DNA from: Paraspadella gotoi
Lineage: Eukaryota > Animalia > Chaetognatha
DNA: 64,000 nt
Assembly (NCBI GenBank): GCA_051294375.1
Contig: CM119263.1
Location: 5,933,253-5,997,252 of the forward strand
Reading direction: 5' to 3'
Both the position numbers and the translations under genes were made by a program. A model generated the notes under the pieces. The model searched no databases. It was not told where the DNA came from and was given only the letters and a program-made list of their open reading frames with translations. Shown here in pieces: positions 43,020 to 64,000 of the stretch; the stretch's first letter is position 1; each line of letters begins with the position of its first letter.

Positions 43020-43703
43020 GTTGAGGGTGGGGGGCGAACTGATGGACGAGTCAGTAATTTGGGTGAAGGGATATATTTTGGTGATTGATGGACAGGATGG
43101 ATGGAATGGATGGATGGATGATGGATTGGATGGATGGATGGATAAATGAATGGTTTGGGTGGCGTCGGGACTCAAAGGTGCAGAAAGAGAGAAGAAAGTC
43201 ACGTGATCGAATAAAAACTTTAAAAATTCGACTCAAAAGAATTTTCACGCGAATTTAAAATTGGGCCGAAAATTGATAACTAAATATTGAATAGTAAACA
43301 TTGAAAAGTGACTGAAATAAGACGCGAGTTGATAAAAGAATAAATAAATTAGTAAACGTGAATCTCGAATGTTAGCCTAAGGCCTTTAGAGATGGACGAG
43401 CACTTTTAAAATCTTTTTTTTCTTTTAAGGAAGGGATAATTTCTGTTGGTAAATCGAGTTACTCATTGTAGTTTCAGAGGAAATAAAATTATTCGCTCAG
43501 TTTTTTATCTTTTACGCCGAAGTTTTTATGTTGAGTCGGGGAATATAAACATCAACAAGATCGAAAATAGAGATCGAATTAAATTATAAAAACAAAAAAA
43601 GTCAGAAAACAAAAAATAAAAACGGAGAAAAATATGTCGTAGTAGAAAAAGATATTTGCTATCAATAAACAAAGTGGCCTTTCATGTTCACCTTGAGAGA
43701 GAG

Positions 43704-43743
<40 letters not shown>

Positions 43744-44087
43744 ATTTCATCTCAATTTTTTCACGTTCACCCAAATTGATAAGCTGTTGAAAGAAAAAAA
43801 ATAAAAAATGCAAATGAGTTTTTATAACGAATGAGATTCAATGAATCAGAGAGAAATAAATGAAAAAAAAACCTTATCTTTTCTCACTGAAAATTATTTT
43901 TAAATTTTTTTCATATTTTATTTTTTTTCATGTTTTGTTTTCAGGTTTTGAATCGCAATTACGTGAGAAACAAATTTTATATCAGGAAAGAAAAATAAAC
44001 TGAATCTTTTTATCAAAACGAAATCGATTTAAAAGAGAAAAAGAAATAAGATGAATCCAGTGGATGAAGTTTCGTGACGAGAGAGAT

Positions 44088-44140
<53 letters not shown>

Positions 44141-45098
44141 GATGTATTTCAATAGTTAAACCTTTTCTCGCCTTTTTCATCTCCAGTATCCTTAATTTGT
44201 CACAACATCGCTATTTTCTTTGTTTTAAAAATGCATTGAAAAGTCATTCATGATTTGACCAAAAGTGAAAGAAAAAAAAATAAGACAACAGATAAAAATG
44301 AAAGCAACAACAACAACAACAAGGGCTTAAGTTGTGATTCATGACGATTAACGATTATCTGACGACTTCGGACGTTTGACAAAGTCACTGCTGAGTCGAA
44401 ATCAAATGTAAGGAAAAATATAAAAATTGAAAAAAAATCATTTAAATTCTTTTTTTTTTAATCTTATCTAACTGAACAAAAAGCATTTTTCAAATGTTAA
44501 AGTTTAAACAAAAGCAAATCTACTTTTCGAAAGTCATAAATTTTTCGGCAAAATTTCATTTTCGAATTTTATTATTTGAAATTCATAAAAGTTCGAAACT
44601 TTGACGCCTTTAGGGTTGAAGAGCTTATTTTTTTTTCAAATAAATTTTGATGAAAATCTTCAGGAAGTCATTGGCACTATTTTCCGAAAGCGCCCGATTT
44701 CTTTTCCTAACTCCTGAATTAAATTTTAAGCCCAATCTTTAACCCTAATCTTTTAATAAATACTTAACCATAATCCTAATCTTTAATCCCTAACCAAATC
44801 CATAACAATTATCCCTAACCTCATCTTTAATATCTAACCAAAATCCTTAACTTAAAACTACGTCCTAACCCTAATTTTATTAATGATAATAAAATATTTT
44901 TAACTAAAATACTTAACCGTATCTAATATTCAGGAGCTGATGGTATTACTCAATGGGCCACCTGGTCAAGAACAAAGTTGACGTGTTTATAGGCGGGGTG
45001 AACATTTTGCAATGGTTGACTACAAGTCAGTCACTTTGTCAGTCAGTCAGTAATTCAATCAGTCAGTCAGTCAGTAACGAAGAAACAGCCACTTACCT

Positions 45099-46588
45099 TC
45101 AATTAGTGAAGATGAGATCGGAGAATTTTTGAGCCGCGTCGATCTCCTGAAAAAGTTGCATAAAACGTAACAAAGTTTACAAAAAACAAAAACACAAACG
45201 GGATTTGTTTAAATATGTGACTTTAAAAATCACCAGATTCACGGCTTTCATTCACAAGTAATAACTTGTAGAAAATGTCAATCTGTTAATAATTTTGGAG
45301 GGAAGCGGGGAGCGGGGGAAGGGAGAAGAATAAATATTCGAGGGTAAAAAAGTATTTACACTTTCTGCCATCCTCTACATCAACTACTACTACAACAACA
45401 ACAACTTCAGCAGCAACTTCAGCCTCATTCGAACTCACTTTAAAAACGAAGAAGACGCAAAGGAAGAAAGGAATGAGAGAGACAAAGTAGAGGAGCACTC
45501 CAGCGGGGACAGAGTTGGTGCCCCACGTCAGCCACTGGAGCCGAGTTGGTGGAGCGTCACTCCCTGTGATGAGGAGCCGAAGTTTGGAGCGAAAGGCGGA
45601 GCGAAATGCTGGGGGATGAGATGGGAATCAGATGGGAATAAGATGGGATAGGATAAAAAAAGGAATGGAATGAGATGGGAATGAGAAGGGATAGGATAGA
45701 AAAAAAAGGAAGGATGAGATGGGAAAGAGATGGAAAAGAGATGGGATTAGATATTGGGATAGGAAAAAGAGTTGGAATGAGATGGGAAGTGAAATATTAG
45801 GAAGGGGCATGAAACACAGATGTGAGAAGTAGTGGTCCTTTTATACAACTGAAACATTATGCATTATGCCACTTCATAGATAGGGAAGCCAGGTAATCTG
45901 GGAGTGAATAAACGAGACTGTGAGAGAGTCTTGATTGAAAGCTTGGGGGGACCTGCAATGTTATTATCTAGTAACTGTGATGGAGGCCTAAACACACCAT
46001 GGTTAGGGACAAGATAGCTTATTTATTACATGAATGAATAATTTTTATATAGGTTGTACCATTTTCATAGACATATTGATATGATCCGAAAAAGAGGATA
46101 TAACGAGGGTAAAAATATTAATTAACTAACCCGTCGAAAATGAATAAGACTTACCCTTTATCCTCTTTTTCCCCTTCCCCTCCTCCTCCTCCTGCTCCTC
46201 CTTTTCCTCCTCTCCTCTTCCGCTTTCGATCGAAATGCAATTCTTTCTGCCACCAACGTCGTTGTTGTCGTCGTTGTTGTCGTCGTTGTTTTCCTCGTTT
46301 TTGTCTTCGACGCGAGAAGAAGTAAAGGGAGTTGACTCGGGGTGATTAAGGGTGGGCGAGCGGGCAACGGGAGAGCGGGCAGAGGGCGAACGAGCTAAGG
46401 GTCGGTCAGTGGTTCGTTGAGTGACGGGCGACTGGGGCGGACAAAGGGGCGGGTCGGTGGAGTCGATACGTAAGTCGCGCATCGCAGTGGAGCAGGCGTC
46501 CGTGGAGGCGTCGGCGGAGGCGTCCGTGGCGGCAGCAGCGGCGGCGGCGGCGGTTGAGTCACGCAAGGGGTAGTCGTCAGGAAGAGCT
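45099..46588 (-). CDS. 3' part of an orphan gene: low-complexity region followed by a C-terminal TM (tail-anchored-like)
   Basis: Phase-consistent GT-AG exons: 46588-46155 (ALPDDYPLRDSTAAAAAAAA...RSP repeats...), 45608-45439 (...WLTWGTNSVPAGVLLYFVSLIPFFLCVFFVFK), 45146-45099 (EIDAAQKFSDLIFTN*). Upstream exons fall in noisy sequence. Confidence 0.62.
45869..46068 (-). mobile_element. Repeat family A copy, reverse orientation, intronic
   Basis: gggagtgaataaacgagactgtgagagagtcttgattgaaagcttg is the reverse complement of ~7926-7970. Confidence 0.8.
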
Positions 46589-47793
46589 CTGAAAGAAAGA
46601 TGTAAAAAAATAATGGTCGCTCGGTAGGAATTCAATAATAAAATAAGAACCAAATTATTATGAACAAATTTTGTTGTGATGAAAACTCGATTCATTCTCC
46701 AGTCACGACTCGAGTTAATTCCTCTTAATTTCCTTCGTGATTTCGACTCTTCCTCCTCATCCTCCTCCTCATCCTCCTCTTCCTCCTTCTCCTTCTACTT
46801 CATTTATTCCTCCTCCTCCTCATACTCCTTTTCCTCTTTCTTCTCTTCCTCTTCCATTTCACCTTTTTCTCTTTGAATCTTCGTTGAACAGATATTTTTC
46901 CTTCTTTGTTTCTAATTGAATCTATTAGTTAGACAATAATACATTTTTCCATAACAAATTTTACATTCATATGTTAATTTAACAGTTTAATTTAATATCG
47001 AAAGACAAAGATGTATAGGATCAGGAATGTAGCCGTGACCAAAAATATTTATCCTAATCGTAATGTAACCTCGTGACGTCATTTGCGCTTTTTTATTCGA
47101 TCTTAATCTTCCTATCTTTACTATTCTTCTCTCTCTTCTTCCCCTTCCCATCCTCTTCTTTTCTTTTATCTTCTCTTATTTTTTCGTTCCCTCTCCTCTC
47201 TTTCCTCGCCTTCTCCGCCCTTTCCCATTTTCTCCCAAAAAAGAGAGAGATGAAGCGCCCGAAGCCAGCGGCCGAGGTAGAGGGAGAGAGAGGGGGGGAG
47301 AGGAGGGAGAAGAGAGGAAGGGAGAGAGGAGAGAAGGGAGGGAAGGAAAGGGAAGGGGAAGAGAAGGGAGGGAAGGAATGGGAGAGAGGGAGGGTGAGAG
47401 GGTGAAGGAGAGGAGAGGGAACAGGAGGGGAGGAGGGGGGAGAGGGGAGAGAAGGGAGGGAGGGAGAGAGGAAGGGGAGAGAGAGGAGGGAGAAAAGGAA
47501 GGGAGAAAAGGGAGGAAGGAAGAAGAGGGGAAGAGGGGAGGGAGAGAAGGAAGGGAGAGAGGGAGGGGGAAAGGGAGAGAGGAAGAGGGAGGAGGGAGAG
47601 AGGGAGGTGAGAGGAAGGGGCAGGGGGAAGAAGGGAGGGAGGAGAAGGGAGAGGGAGGGGAAGGAGAGGAGAAGGAGCGAGGAGGAGGAGGATGGATAAG
47701 TGTAAGGGAAGGGGAAAGCGGGAATAACGAGAAAGACATATGTCAAAGAAGTAGGGAGGGGAGGGGAGNNNNNNNNNNNNNNNNNNNNNNNNN

Positions 47794-48500
47794 AAATAAT
47801 AATTAAAAGTTTAAAATGTGGGCTTTTATTCGGCAGGTGCTCAACAATGTTTCTCATAAAATAAGTAATTTTTGCATTGGTTCCATTATAAATAATTTTG
47901 CATTGTTCTTATTTTCAATAAAAAAAGCGGAATACCTATTAGGACGGTATTTAAAAATAAAAATATTAGAACAACGTCTATATCTACGATTACGATTTTC
48001 CGGATCAAATTTCTCTTTTACCTTCAGCCAAAAAAAAAAGTCATGGCGTCTGGACGAATTCTTTTAACAATGGAACTCGATAAACAAGGACACGCCATCA
48101 TCCATACCAACACACAACAACGCACAAACAACAACACCGCCACCACCGTCCAATTTGACCGCCTCTTCACCACCTGCCAGTCGGGCCAACAGCCCCTCCG
48201 ACGCCCTCATGTTCATACTCACCCAGGTCTGGCACAATAATACAGCTCTCGGCCGAACTCAGACGAATACAATTTCGCTGATCGTACCTTTTGTTTTTAG
48301 AAGATCTTCGCCCACGTACGGTCGGGTTGGAAGCGCCGAAGCCAGCGGCCGGGGTAGAGGGAGAGAGAGGGGGGGAGAGGAGGGAGGAAGAGAGGAAGGG
48401 AGAGAGGAGCAGAAGGGAGGGAGAGAAGGGAAGGGGAAGAGAAGGGAGGGAGGATAAGGGAGAGAAGGGGAGGGTGAGAGAGTGGAGAGGGAGAGAGAGG
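47794..48500. other. Noisy duplicate of ~46930-47450 beside a second 25-N spacer (probable artefact)
   Basis: gaagcgcc(c)gaagccagcggccg.ggtagagggagagagaggg occurs at both 47252 and 48330; 25 N at 47769-47793. Confidence 0.75.
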
Positions 48501-50194
48501 AGGGTGAGAGGAGAGAGGAGGGCGGGGAGCGGAGAGAGGGAGGGAGGAAGAGGAGAGGGAGAGAGGAAGGGAGATAAGAAGGGAAAAAGGGAAGGAAGGA
48601 AGAAACAGGGAAGAGAGGAGGGGAAGGGGGAGAGAAGAAGGGAGAGAGGGAGGGGAAGTGATCTCTCTTCTTCTCAATTAATTGAAAGTTTAACGAATTG
48701 AAAAAAAAAATTTCTGAAATTCTGAGAAATTCAGACGAAAAGAAAATTTTGATGTGAAAAAGAGAAAAAATTCTTAACCGACGTAAATTTTAAAAGTTGT
48801 AATTTGCAAAAAAAAAGTCAACTTAACATTTGCGTTGTTTCTGGTTTCCATCGACCAGAGAAGCTGGTGCAACGTCAAGTGGTCGTCGTCGTCGTCGTCG
48901 TCGTCTGCCAGGCTTCCGGTTCAGGAAACCAGGAGGAAGCAACGACGTGATACGTGATGCACTCTCTCTCTATCTCTGTCTCCCTCTCCCCCATCTGTCT
49001 TTTTCTCTCTCTCTGTTTCCCTTTACCCCCGTCTAACTCTCCAACTCTCTCTGGATATCACTGGAAAAAATTCCGATGATGTATTCTATATGCAAATCTG
49101 TTTTTGGACCAGCTAAATTGCCACATCATGTAAATTTGCAAATATGATTTGCTTTAATTTACATTAGTTATAAAACTTGGATCATCGTTGATCGGAACGT
49201 AATTCTGAGCTGCCCTTTACTTGTTAACTTGTAAACTTGTAAACTGTCTTCAGGACTTTCTTTTTTCTCTTCCTTTTTTCTTAATTACCACTTTTTCAAT
49301 TCACTTTTTTTTCTTTTTTTCTTACTTCCTTCTTTGTTTATCACTTTAGCTCGTCTTCTTCACCTTTCCTCCTATTTCCTCCCAAATCTTGCTCATCTTT
49401 CTTTTCCCTTTACTCTTCTCTAATTTACTCTCTTCTTTCTTCCCCTTTCCTCCCTCTTTCGCCCCTCTTTCCCCTCCTTCCTCTTCTCTTTCCTCCTTTA
49501 CTCTTTTTCTTTTCCTCCCTTTTCCTCCCTCATCTCCCTCTTTCCTCCCTCTTTTTCCCTTCTTCGCTTTTCCTCCGCTCTTCTAGCAGCTTTCCTTTCT
49601 CTTTCCTTTCCTCCCTCTCCCCATTCCTTTTTTCTCTCAAAGCTCCAAAAACCCCTCGTTCCTTCTGTGTATTCCCCCCTCCTCGCTCGGCTTTTCCGGG
49701 GGAGCGCGCTTACTCATGCGTTTCTGAATGTGTCAGACGTCTTCTGTGAGGAGTTGGTGGTATGTGTTTCCTGCCTCGTAATCCGGGCTTTTGGATTGGT
49801 CGAGAGGATAAAAGAAACGGCGCTCTGATTAGACCTGGGAGATTGACTGTTGTTCTGATTGGATCGACGGAGATCCAGAGGCATTCGCCGATCTTGCGAT
49901 TGAGACGCATTATTTCGCGTCGAAAGTGTCGGCAGTCTAGTCACGTCTGCCGTCTCTCTCTCTCTCCGTCTATGCCTCTCTCTCTCTGCTTACCTCTGAC
50001 TCTCGTATACGCTCTCTCTCTCTCTCTCTTCTCTCGTCTCTCTCTCTCTTCTCTCTTCTCTCTCTCTCTCTCTCATTCTCTATTCTCAGTCTCACTCTCC
50101 CACCTTTACTCTCCCCGTCTTCACTCCTCGTCCAGCAAATTCGCGAGGAGCAACAAATTACGAAAAATATTTTTCTATTGCTAAATTATTCTCT

Positions 50195-50228
<34 letters not shown>

Positions 50229-52930
50229 CCTCTCTCTCCCTTTCCCTTATCTGTTTCTCCGTCATTCGTGTGCCTCCCTGTATTTCGTTTGATTAGTGAA
50301 ATTTTGAGCAATCATGTTCTATCATGATTCATCTCTCTTCTCTTCTCTCGACTTATCTCTCTCTCTCTCTCTCTGCTTCTCTCTCTCTCTCTCTGTGCTC
50401 TCTCTCTCTCTCTCTCTGCTCTCCTCTCTCATCTCTCCTCTTCTCCTGACTCTTCACTAAACTTGATTCATCCGATGGGAGGACGAAATATCAGAGACCC
50501 AATGGAAGACGGACGAGTGTACTCACCCATAGGAAAGTCCCACTTCGATTATGATTGAGAAAAAAATAAGAATTTAAGCCTTATCAACACTTTAAAACTG
50601 ACATTTTAATTTTTTGTCAACATTTTGTAAAATCTACACCATCATTTATACTGTTTGTTACGCATTCAATTGAAGAGTGGGATTTTTATATTACAAGTGT
50701 GATTCAAGGGTAATTAACGTTTAAAAATTTGAAAAAAAAAAACTTGTACAGTCTCCAATCGATTTTACTTCATCGTCCGTCGTCGTCGTCGTCGTTCGAT
50801 CCGATTATTCCACCGGGAACTTGCGCGAGGGAATCTTCAGACGAGACTAATTGCAGCGTGCAAACGCAACGGATGCAAAAAGAAAGTGACAAACCGAGCG
50901 ATGCAACTGAGACTGGAAACACAATACTCAAATTGAGAAAACTTTTAAGTATTTTATTGCGATGACGAGAGTAACGGTTTCCACTTAAATGTAGTTAGTA
51001 TGATAGTGTCAAGGGTACAGCGTCGTTCTGTTTCTCTGTCTCTTGTTCATTACACATTAGACTTGCACCGTGACAAAATGCACGGCGAGACCAAAAGTCA
51101 GCAATAGAAAAATAAACACGTAAGCATGTATAAGAAGACAATAAAATACTTTAATTAGTAACACAGCGGTTAACATGAGGTACATAAAATTGTTGTTGTA
51201 TTAAATATAAACCGTTATGGTGAGAGAAAGGCAGGTGTGAGAAGATACGAGATGTCAAGCATCTCATTTAGATATTTGTGTAGGATTGATCAAGAAATTA
51301 TCGGAGAGACTCTTATTTTATTCTTGAATGAATAATATGTCCGTGTGTTAAGGATTTCACTCGTCTTTCGCTTAAATGAGAGAAAACGAGAGTCCACAAC
51401 TCTGGCGTCTGATGTCTTCATCGATCTTGTGGTCGTCAACATTTAAAACTCGCTCTTCCACAGTTTCGTCCACACGTGTCCACAAAAATCTCTCTTTCTC
51501 TTTTTCTCTTTTCTAGTTTTTGAACGAAAGGAATTTAATTTGTCTCTTTAAAGAAAAATAATTCAAGTCGACCTAAGAAATAAAACCAACGCCCTAAAAT
51601 AATGTCAGTCACAATTAGACTCGAATCATTAATCAATTTAAATATTTTGATTTTTTAACTAAAAAGAAAAAAAANNNNNNNNNNNNNNNNNNNNNNNNNN
51701 NNNNNNNNNNNNNNNNNNNNNNNNNNNNNNNNNNNNNNNNNNNNNNNNNNNNNNNNNNNNNNNNNNNNNNNNNNNNNNNNNNNNNNNNNNNNNNNNNNNN
51801 NNNNNNNNNNNNNNNNNNNNNNNNNNNNNNNNNNNNNNNNNNNNNNNNNNNNNNNNNNNNNNNNNNNNNNNNNNNNNNNNNNNNNNNNNNNNNNNNNNNN
51901 NNNNNNNNNNNNNNNNNNNNNNNNNNNNNNNNNNNCCTAAATATTAATTTCGCCAAATTGGCCAAATTGACTTTAGAAGCCGACATTTGAATGCTTCGCT
52001 CTCCTCCAATAAAAAGGAATTATACGAAAATTTAAACGAATCCGCTTTGAGATTTTATGATTGGTTGTCATCATCGTGAGATGTGATGTTATTTCCGTCC
52101 ACAATTCATAAGAAAAACTGCAAAAGAAGAAAACGACATAAGTCAAAGATTTTCCTAGAATTTTTTTTAACATTATGATTTTACATTTCATACAAAACAT
52201 AAAAATCTATTTATGCCCCAAAATTAAAAATCTTCTTAATGAGATTAAGATTGTAATAGGAAAAATTATTACTAATGTCTGTCAAAAACTTGAAATAAAA
52301 AAAAGTTGTAACCGATTTTTTTAAATTAAGAAAAATCTAAAAAACTTGGGGTCACGATTAAAGAGAAAAAAAACCAAAAAAAATTAAATTAGAAATTCTA
52401 TTTTATTTTTAATAAAAAATGAACAGATCATCGTCTGAGAGTTACAAATAGTAATTCTTCCTACCTAATCTTCCGTTATTGTAATTGTAAAAAGTTGATT
52501 GCTTTTTGTCTTTTTATTTTGTAGAAAACCTCTTTTTGCTTCCGCAAGCACCATCAAAAGCAACAGACCTGCAAGGAAATGTAACAAATAAAAAACAAAT
52601 TATAATTTATGCCAAATCAGGAAACAACTTAACGACAAAAAAATAAAATACAACCTTTGATAAAAGCAGAAAAAAGCATTGGGGTTCCAGCAAGTCCTTA
52701 AATTGCAAGAAAAAGCAACAAAAATAAAGATAAAGAAATAAGTGCAACAAAAAAATCCAAAAACCAACATTAAATCAATAAAAAAAAAAGAAAAAAAAGG
52801 GAAAAAAAGGAAAAAAGGAAAACTCGATCTTTAGTTGAGACAAAAACTCAACACAAAATCTATTTTCGTTTCCAAAAAAAAAGTCTGCAGAAGCAATTTG
52901 GTTTTAACGTCTCTTGACGCCATCTTTAAC

Positions 52931-52961
<31 letters not shown>

Positions 52962-55406
52962 TGTCATCGTTTCGTAGTCGTCGTCAGCACCGACAAAGAT
53001 CGAATTTCAAAATCCACACTTCTTTTTTATCTCCACACTTCTTTTCCACACTTCTATTCTATACTTCATCATTGCATTTCCATTTTTAATTCTTTTTTTT
53101 AAACTGTTCATCATTTTCAGCTTTAACTACTCTGCTTCCCGAACGTTCAAGTCCTTTCATCTGAGATCAAGAAGGAAAAACAAAAACACAAATAAAACGA
53201 AATCAAACGAAAAAAAACAGCAATCTTAAATGTCGAAAAAAACTTTTTCTCGTTCTTTTGTTTCTTCCTCTTGCCTTTGTTAACACTTTCTTCTGCCTTT
53301 CTTTTTTTTTCCTCTGTCTTATCTCTCTGTTCCTCCCTTCCTTTCTTCTTTTTTCTTTCCTTTCCTTTCCTCAATCTTTCCTCCCATCTCCTTTCCTCCC
53401 ATTCTTTCGGTCGCTTTTCTTTGTTGCTTTCGAGGTTAAAGGACAAACGCGTTTCTCTCTTTTTTTTTCTTTTTCTTCCTTTTTTTTTCTTTCCTCCATT
53501 TATCTTTTTTTTTCCAAAACTAAGAAAATGCGTCCACAAATAACTAAACTTTCCCTCGAAAAAACAATTCGTTTTCTCCAGACGCCACTAAACCGTTAAC
53601 TCGCCACTTTATCGCCACGGATTTTGCCATTTACCAAAACACGAGCTCATCTTTTTACGAGTCAAAAGGTTGTTTTGCCATCTCGGTCCTACGCTTCAGA
53701 ATACTCATTTAATTCTGTGATTTCAAATCAACGACTTTTTTTAATTTATAAGTCGCTACCCGTCCCNNNNNNNNNNNNNNNNNNNNNNNNNNNNNNNNNN
53801 NNNNNNNNNNNNNNNNNNNNNNNNNNNNNNNNNNNNNNNNNNNNNNNNNNNNNNNNNNNNNNNNNNNNNNNNNNNNNNNNNNNNNNNNNNNNNNNNNNNN
53901 NNNNNNNNNNNNNNNNNNNNNNNNNNNNNNNNNNNNNNNNNNNNNNNNNNNNNNNNNNNNNNNNNNNNNNNNNNNNNNNNNNNNNNNNNNNNNNNNNNNN
54001 NNNNNNNNNNNNNNNNNNNNNNNNNNNNNNNNNNNNNNNNNNNNNNNNNNNNNNNNNNNNNNNNNNNNNNACTTATAAGCAGATGAAATAACAAACTCAT
54101 ACCATGTTACGATAAGCTCATTTAGTAATCTTAGTTTTAAATACTCCCATGACGGACGGACAAAAAAATGACCTACAGACCGAAAATGTCTCCCCAAGAG
54201 ATGGGGAAATATGAATAAAGAAAAGAAAAGGAAAAACACGAAATATTTAAAACTAAAATAGTATTTGATAATTTAAGAAGAAGATAGAAACAGTTGAGAA
54301 TGGAAGAGATTGAAAAGAAAAAGGAGAAAAAAAAGAAAAGAAAATAAAAAAGGAAAGATAAGGATTATAAGGAAGAAGTAAAATTGAAAAGATTCAGAGA
54401 GAATGATAAATCAGTTTGAGATGTTTCGTTTTTATTTCTCTCTTGAGATATACTGACGAAAAATGACAATTAAGGAAAGAAAAATTAGGGATGGGAAATA
54501 AAAAGAAAAGAAAAGGAAGATAAAGGGTAAGAACTAAAAGGTAAGTAAATACTAAATAGAGATAAGAATGAGATAAAAGAAGTGAAACGGTGGGTTCATA
54601 AATGAATTGAATTGTATTAAATAAAGATGGAAATGAATATAGGATTAAAAATAAAAATAAATATGTTCAAAAACGTTCTCCATAAAAATTTGTGAAGATT
54701 TTGGTTAAAAGTGAAATATTAGAATTTTTAACCGAAAATTTCGACGAAAGAAAAAATGTTAATTCGCCTCACGATTTTGTATTTCAACATTGAGAACCGA
54801 AACGTGTAACGCGTCAATTGATTCATTCTTTTTATTATTATTCTCTATTTATTCGTTGAACAAAAAAAAGGTGAGAAGTTTTACTAGAAGACAGGGTGTA
54901 TATCTTTGCCTTGTTTTGCCATGCTTGGACCTGATGCTTGGTCCTCATGCTTGGTCCTCATGCATTTTATTGCATTTTATTCTGGTCAATTTTTTTTAAT
55001 TTTAAGTAATATTCTTTTGCCTATTGGGTCATCTCTCTCTCTCTCTCTTTCGCAGACCTTTCCTTCCTTTCCTTGCCTCTTTCTCCGTCGCACGAAAAAA
55101 ATTGAGGGGCGTCTTGGGGCTCAAAAATAACGTCTTAGCGATGACCTGTTCGTTGACCTTTTTATTGACCTTTTTATTGACCTTCCCATCCCGTTTGATC
55201 TATTCTAATTGGATCTTCCCTTTCAGATTGACCTCTTCTTCTAAGTTGGCCTTTATTATAACCCTGACCTTATTTTGCGAGTTTTGACAAAAGTTTAATG
55301 CTTAACTTAAGTCATAAGTCTTAACTTAAGTTTTCTTCACGCAACGTTGTGTGAAAATCATAAAAGACATTGACAATGAGAAAATTAAAAACTGACGCAT
55401 AAAACC

Positions 55407-55473
<67 letters not shown>

Positions 55474-56151
55474 CTATCCCACTTCGATAGAGTGAGGGCA
55501 TTAAGGCTCCCTAATGAAGAGATCCCGACTCAAGACTTCGACGTGAATTTGGATCGGACGATTAGGGAACCCAGAGAGGGAGAAGAGAAGAGGGAGGAAG
55601 AGAAAAGAAGGATGAAGAGAAAGAAAAAGAGAGAGAGGAAGGAGGGAGGAAAGGAGAGAAGAGGGGAGGAAGAGAAGAGAAGGGATGAAAGAAAGGGGAG
55701 AGGAAGGGAAAGGAAGGAGGGAAGGGAAGAGAGGATGAAGAGAGGAGAGAGAGAAGAAGAAAGGAGAGAGGAAGGGAAAGAAGGAGGGAAGGGAGAGGGG
55801 GATGAAGAGAAGAGAGAGATGAAGAAGAAAGGAGAGAGGAAGGGAAAGAAAGGAGGCGAAGGGAAGGGGATGAAAGAGAAGAGAAGAGATGAAGAGAAAG
55901 GAGAAAGGAAGGGAAAGAAGGAGGCGAAGGGAGAGGGATGAGAGAAGAGAGAGATGAGAGAAGAAGAGGAGAGGAGAGGGAGGATAGAAGATTGTGTTTA
56001 GACCAAAAACAAAGAAAAATACAAAGAGACAAAGGAGAAAACGAAATAAAAAGAAAAAAGAAAAGAAAAATGAGGAAAAAAAGAAAGAAAAAAAAGGAAT
56101 GGTTAAAGGGAATAGAGTAGCAATTATGGAGTCTGGCGCGTCTGGTTTGAG

Positions 56152-56201
<50 letters not shown>

Positions 56202-56204
56202 AGT

Positions 56205-56235
<31 letters not shown>

Positions 56236-56825
56236 ACGTCAGTAAGCCGAGAATGACTTTAGTGAAAAGGATTTAGTTTTTAAAGTCTCAGGCAAAAGCA
56301 GAGATGGTTATAATCTCTTATGCTTCGACGTTTGTTGAAAAGATTCCAGACTTTAAAATCCAGGTTTTCATGAAACTCGATGTTTTTATTACGGATTTGG
56401 AAAAAAAAAGAAAAAGAAAAGGAGACTTTTTTAATTCAGTCCATTTTAAAGTCGGAGCTAAGAGTGTAACGGAAATGTGCGAAAAGATGTCGATCGTCGT
56501 CGTCGTCGTCATCGTCGTCACTCTTTCCAATACAAAATCTACATTGGATGTCACGATTTTTTAAAAAGTGTGAATTTCAACTTCCTTGATAAAAAACGTG
56601 AAATGAAATTTGTCTTTGGTGAATAAGTAAAATGTAGATGAAAAAAATAAGACCCAATGACTTGTGCTAAAGCAACTAGTGGGGGTTTTTAAAAAATTTA
56701 GTAATAGTCATTTTTTATTTCGCAACAGATATATCCTATTTCTCAGTCAACTTGACTCAAACTAGACTGTATCACTTAATATATAAATATATCTTATAGT
56801 ACAATTATTGATAGACGAACCCAGT

Positions 56826-56996
56826 CAACTCTGGGAGTGAATAAACCCGGACTGTGAAAGAGGTCTTGATTGAAATCTTGCAGGGACGCTGCTATGATGG
56901 ACGCCTTAAACAACATCGCCTATCCAAAGTCAGGGTCAAGATGTTATTTATTAAATGAACGGATAAATTTTTATATTGGTAGTAACATATTACATA
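56826..56996 (-). mobile_element. Repeat family A copy, reverse orientation
   Basis: ctctgggagtgaataaac...gtcttgattgaaatcttgcagggac...tccaaagtcagggtcaagat. Confidence 0.75.
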
Positions 56997-57015
56997 GTTA
57001 ATATTCTTCCTCCAG

Positions 57016-64000
<6,985 letters not shown>

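Noticed and set aside
44740-44880. Telomere-like taaccct(aa) motifs (also ~2090)
   Set aside because: Scattered and degenerate rather than a tandem TTAGGG array; probably remnants of a small repeat.
47093-48701. Long Ser/Pro/Leu and Gly/Glu/Arg ORFs (similar ones at 55492-56032 and 58726-59615)
   Set aside because: Low-complexity purine/pyrimidine tracts that lack stops by composition; partly duplicated gap fill.
49710-52570. Possible minus-strand exons (49710-49945, ~51370-51500, ~52500-52568)
   Set aside because: Splice-like signals are present, but no consistent frame or homology could be established, and the region is noisy and gapped.
54790-56564. Candidate 5' exons of the PTP gene (~55490-55542, ~56292-56363)
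   Set aside because: Acceptors are plausible, but no signal peptide or unambiguous phase chain was found, so they were left out of the model.

Overview
Intron-rich, microsatellite-dense genomic DNA from a non-vertebrate animal; no prokaryotic features, tRNA/rRNA or CRISPR arrays were seen. Manual splicing gives seven genes: (1) a secreted C-type lectin (minus, 1474 to <3) whose lectin domain is split by a ~380-aa Thr-rich mucin insert ending in a furin-type site; (2) a divergent STAM/Hse1-like gene (VHS-UIM-SH3-GAT, plus); (3) an 85-aa signal-peptide/single-TM microprotein; (4) a complete 9-exon, 414-aa nuclear receptor that looks NR7/NR8-like (minus); (5) a type II membrane C-type lectin (minus, 42732 to 17522) with loops inflated by poly-Asp, poly-Thr and polybasic runs; (6) a partial orphan tail-anchored protein; (7) an Ig-containing receptor protein tyrosine phosphatase running off the right end. 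About 21 kb (~18320-39425), including a second nuclear receptor copy and a poly-C/poly-Pro ORF, looks like uncorrected long-read gap fill flanking a 25-N spacer. The most interesting signal is the pair of loop-expanded, possibly convertase-cleaved C-type lectins. All exon models and family calls are by eye and from memory of family motifs; no searches were run.
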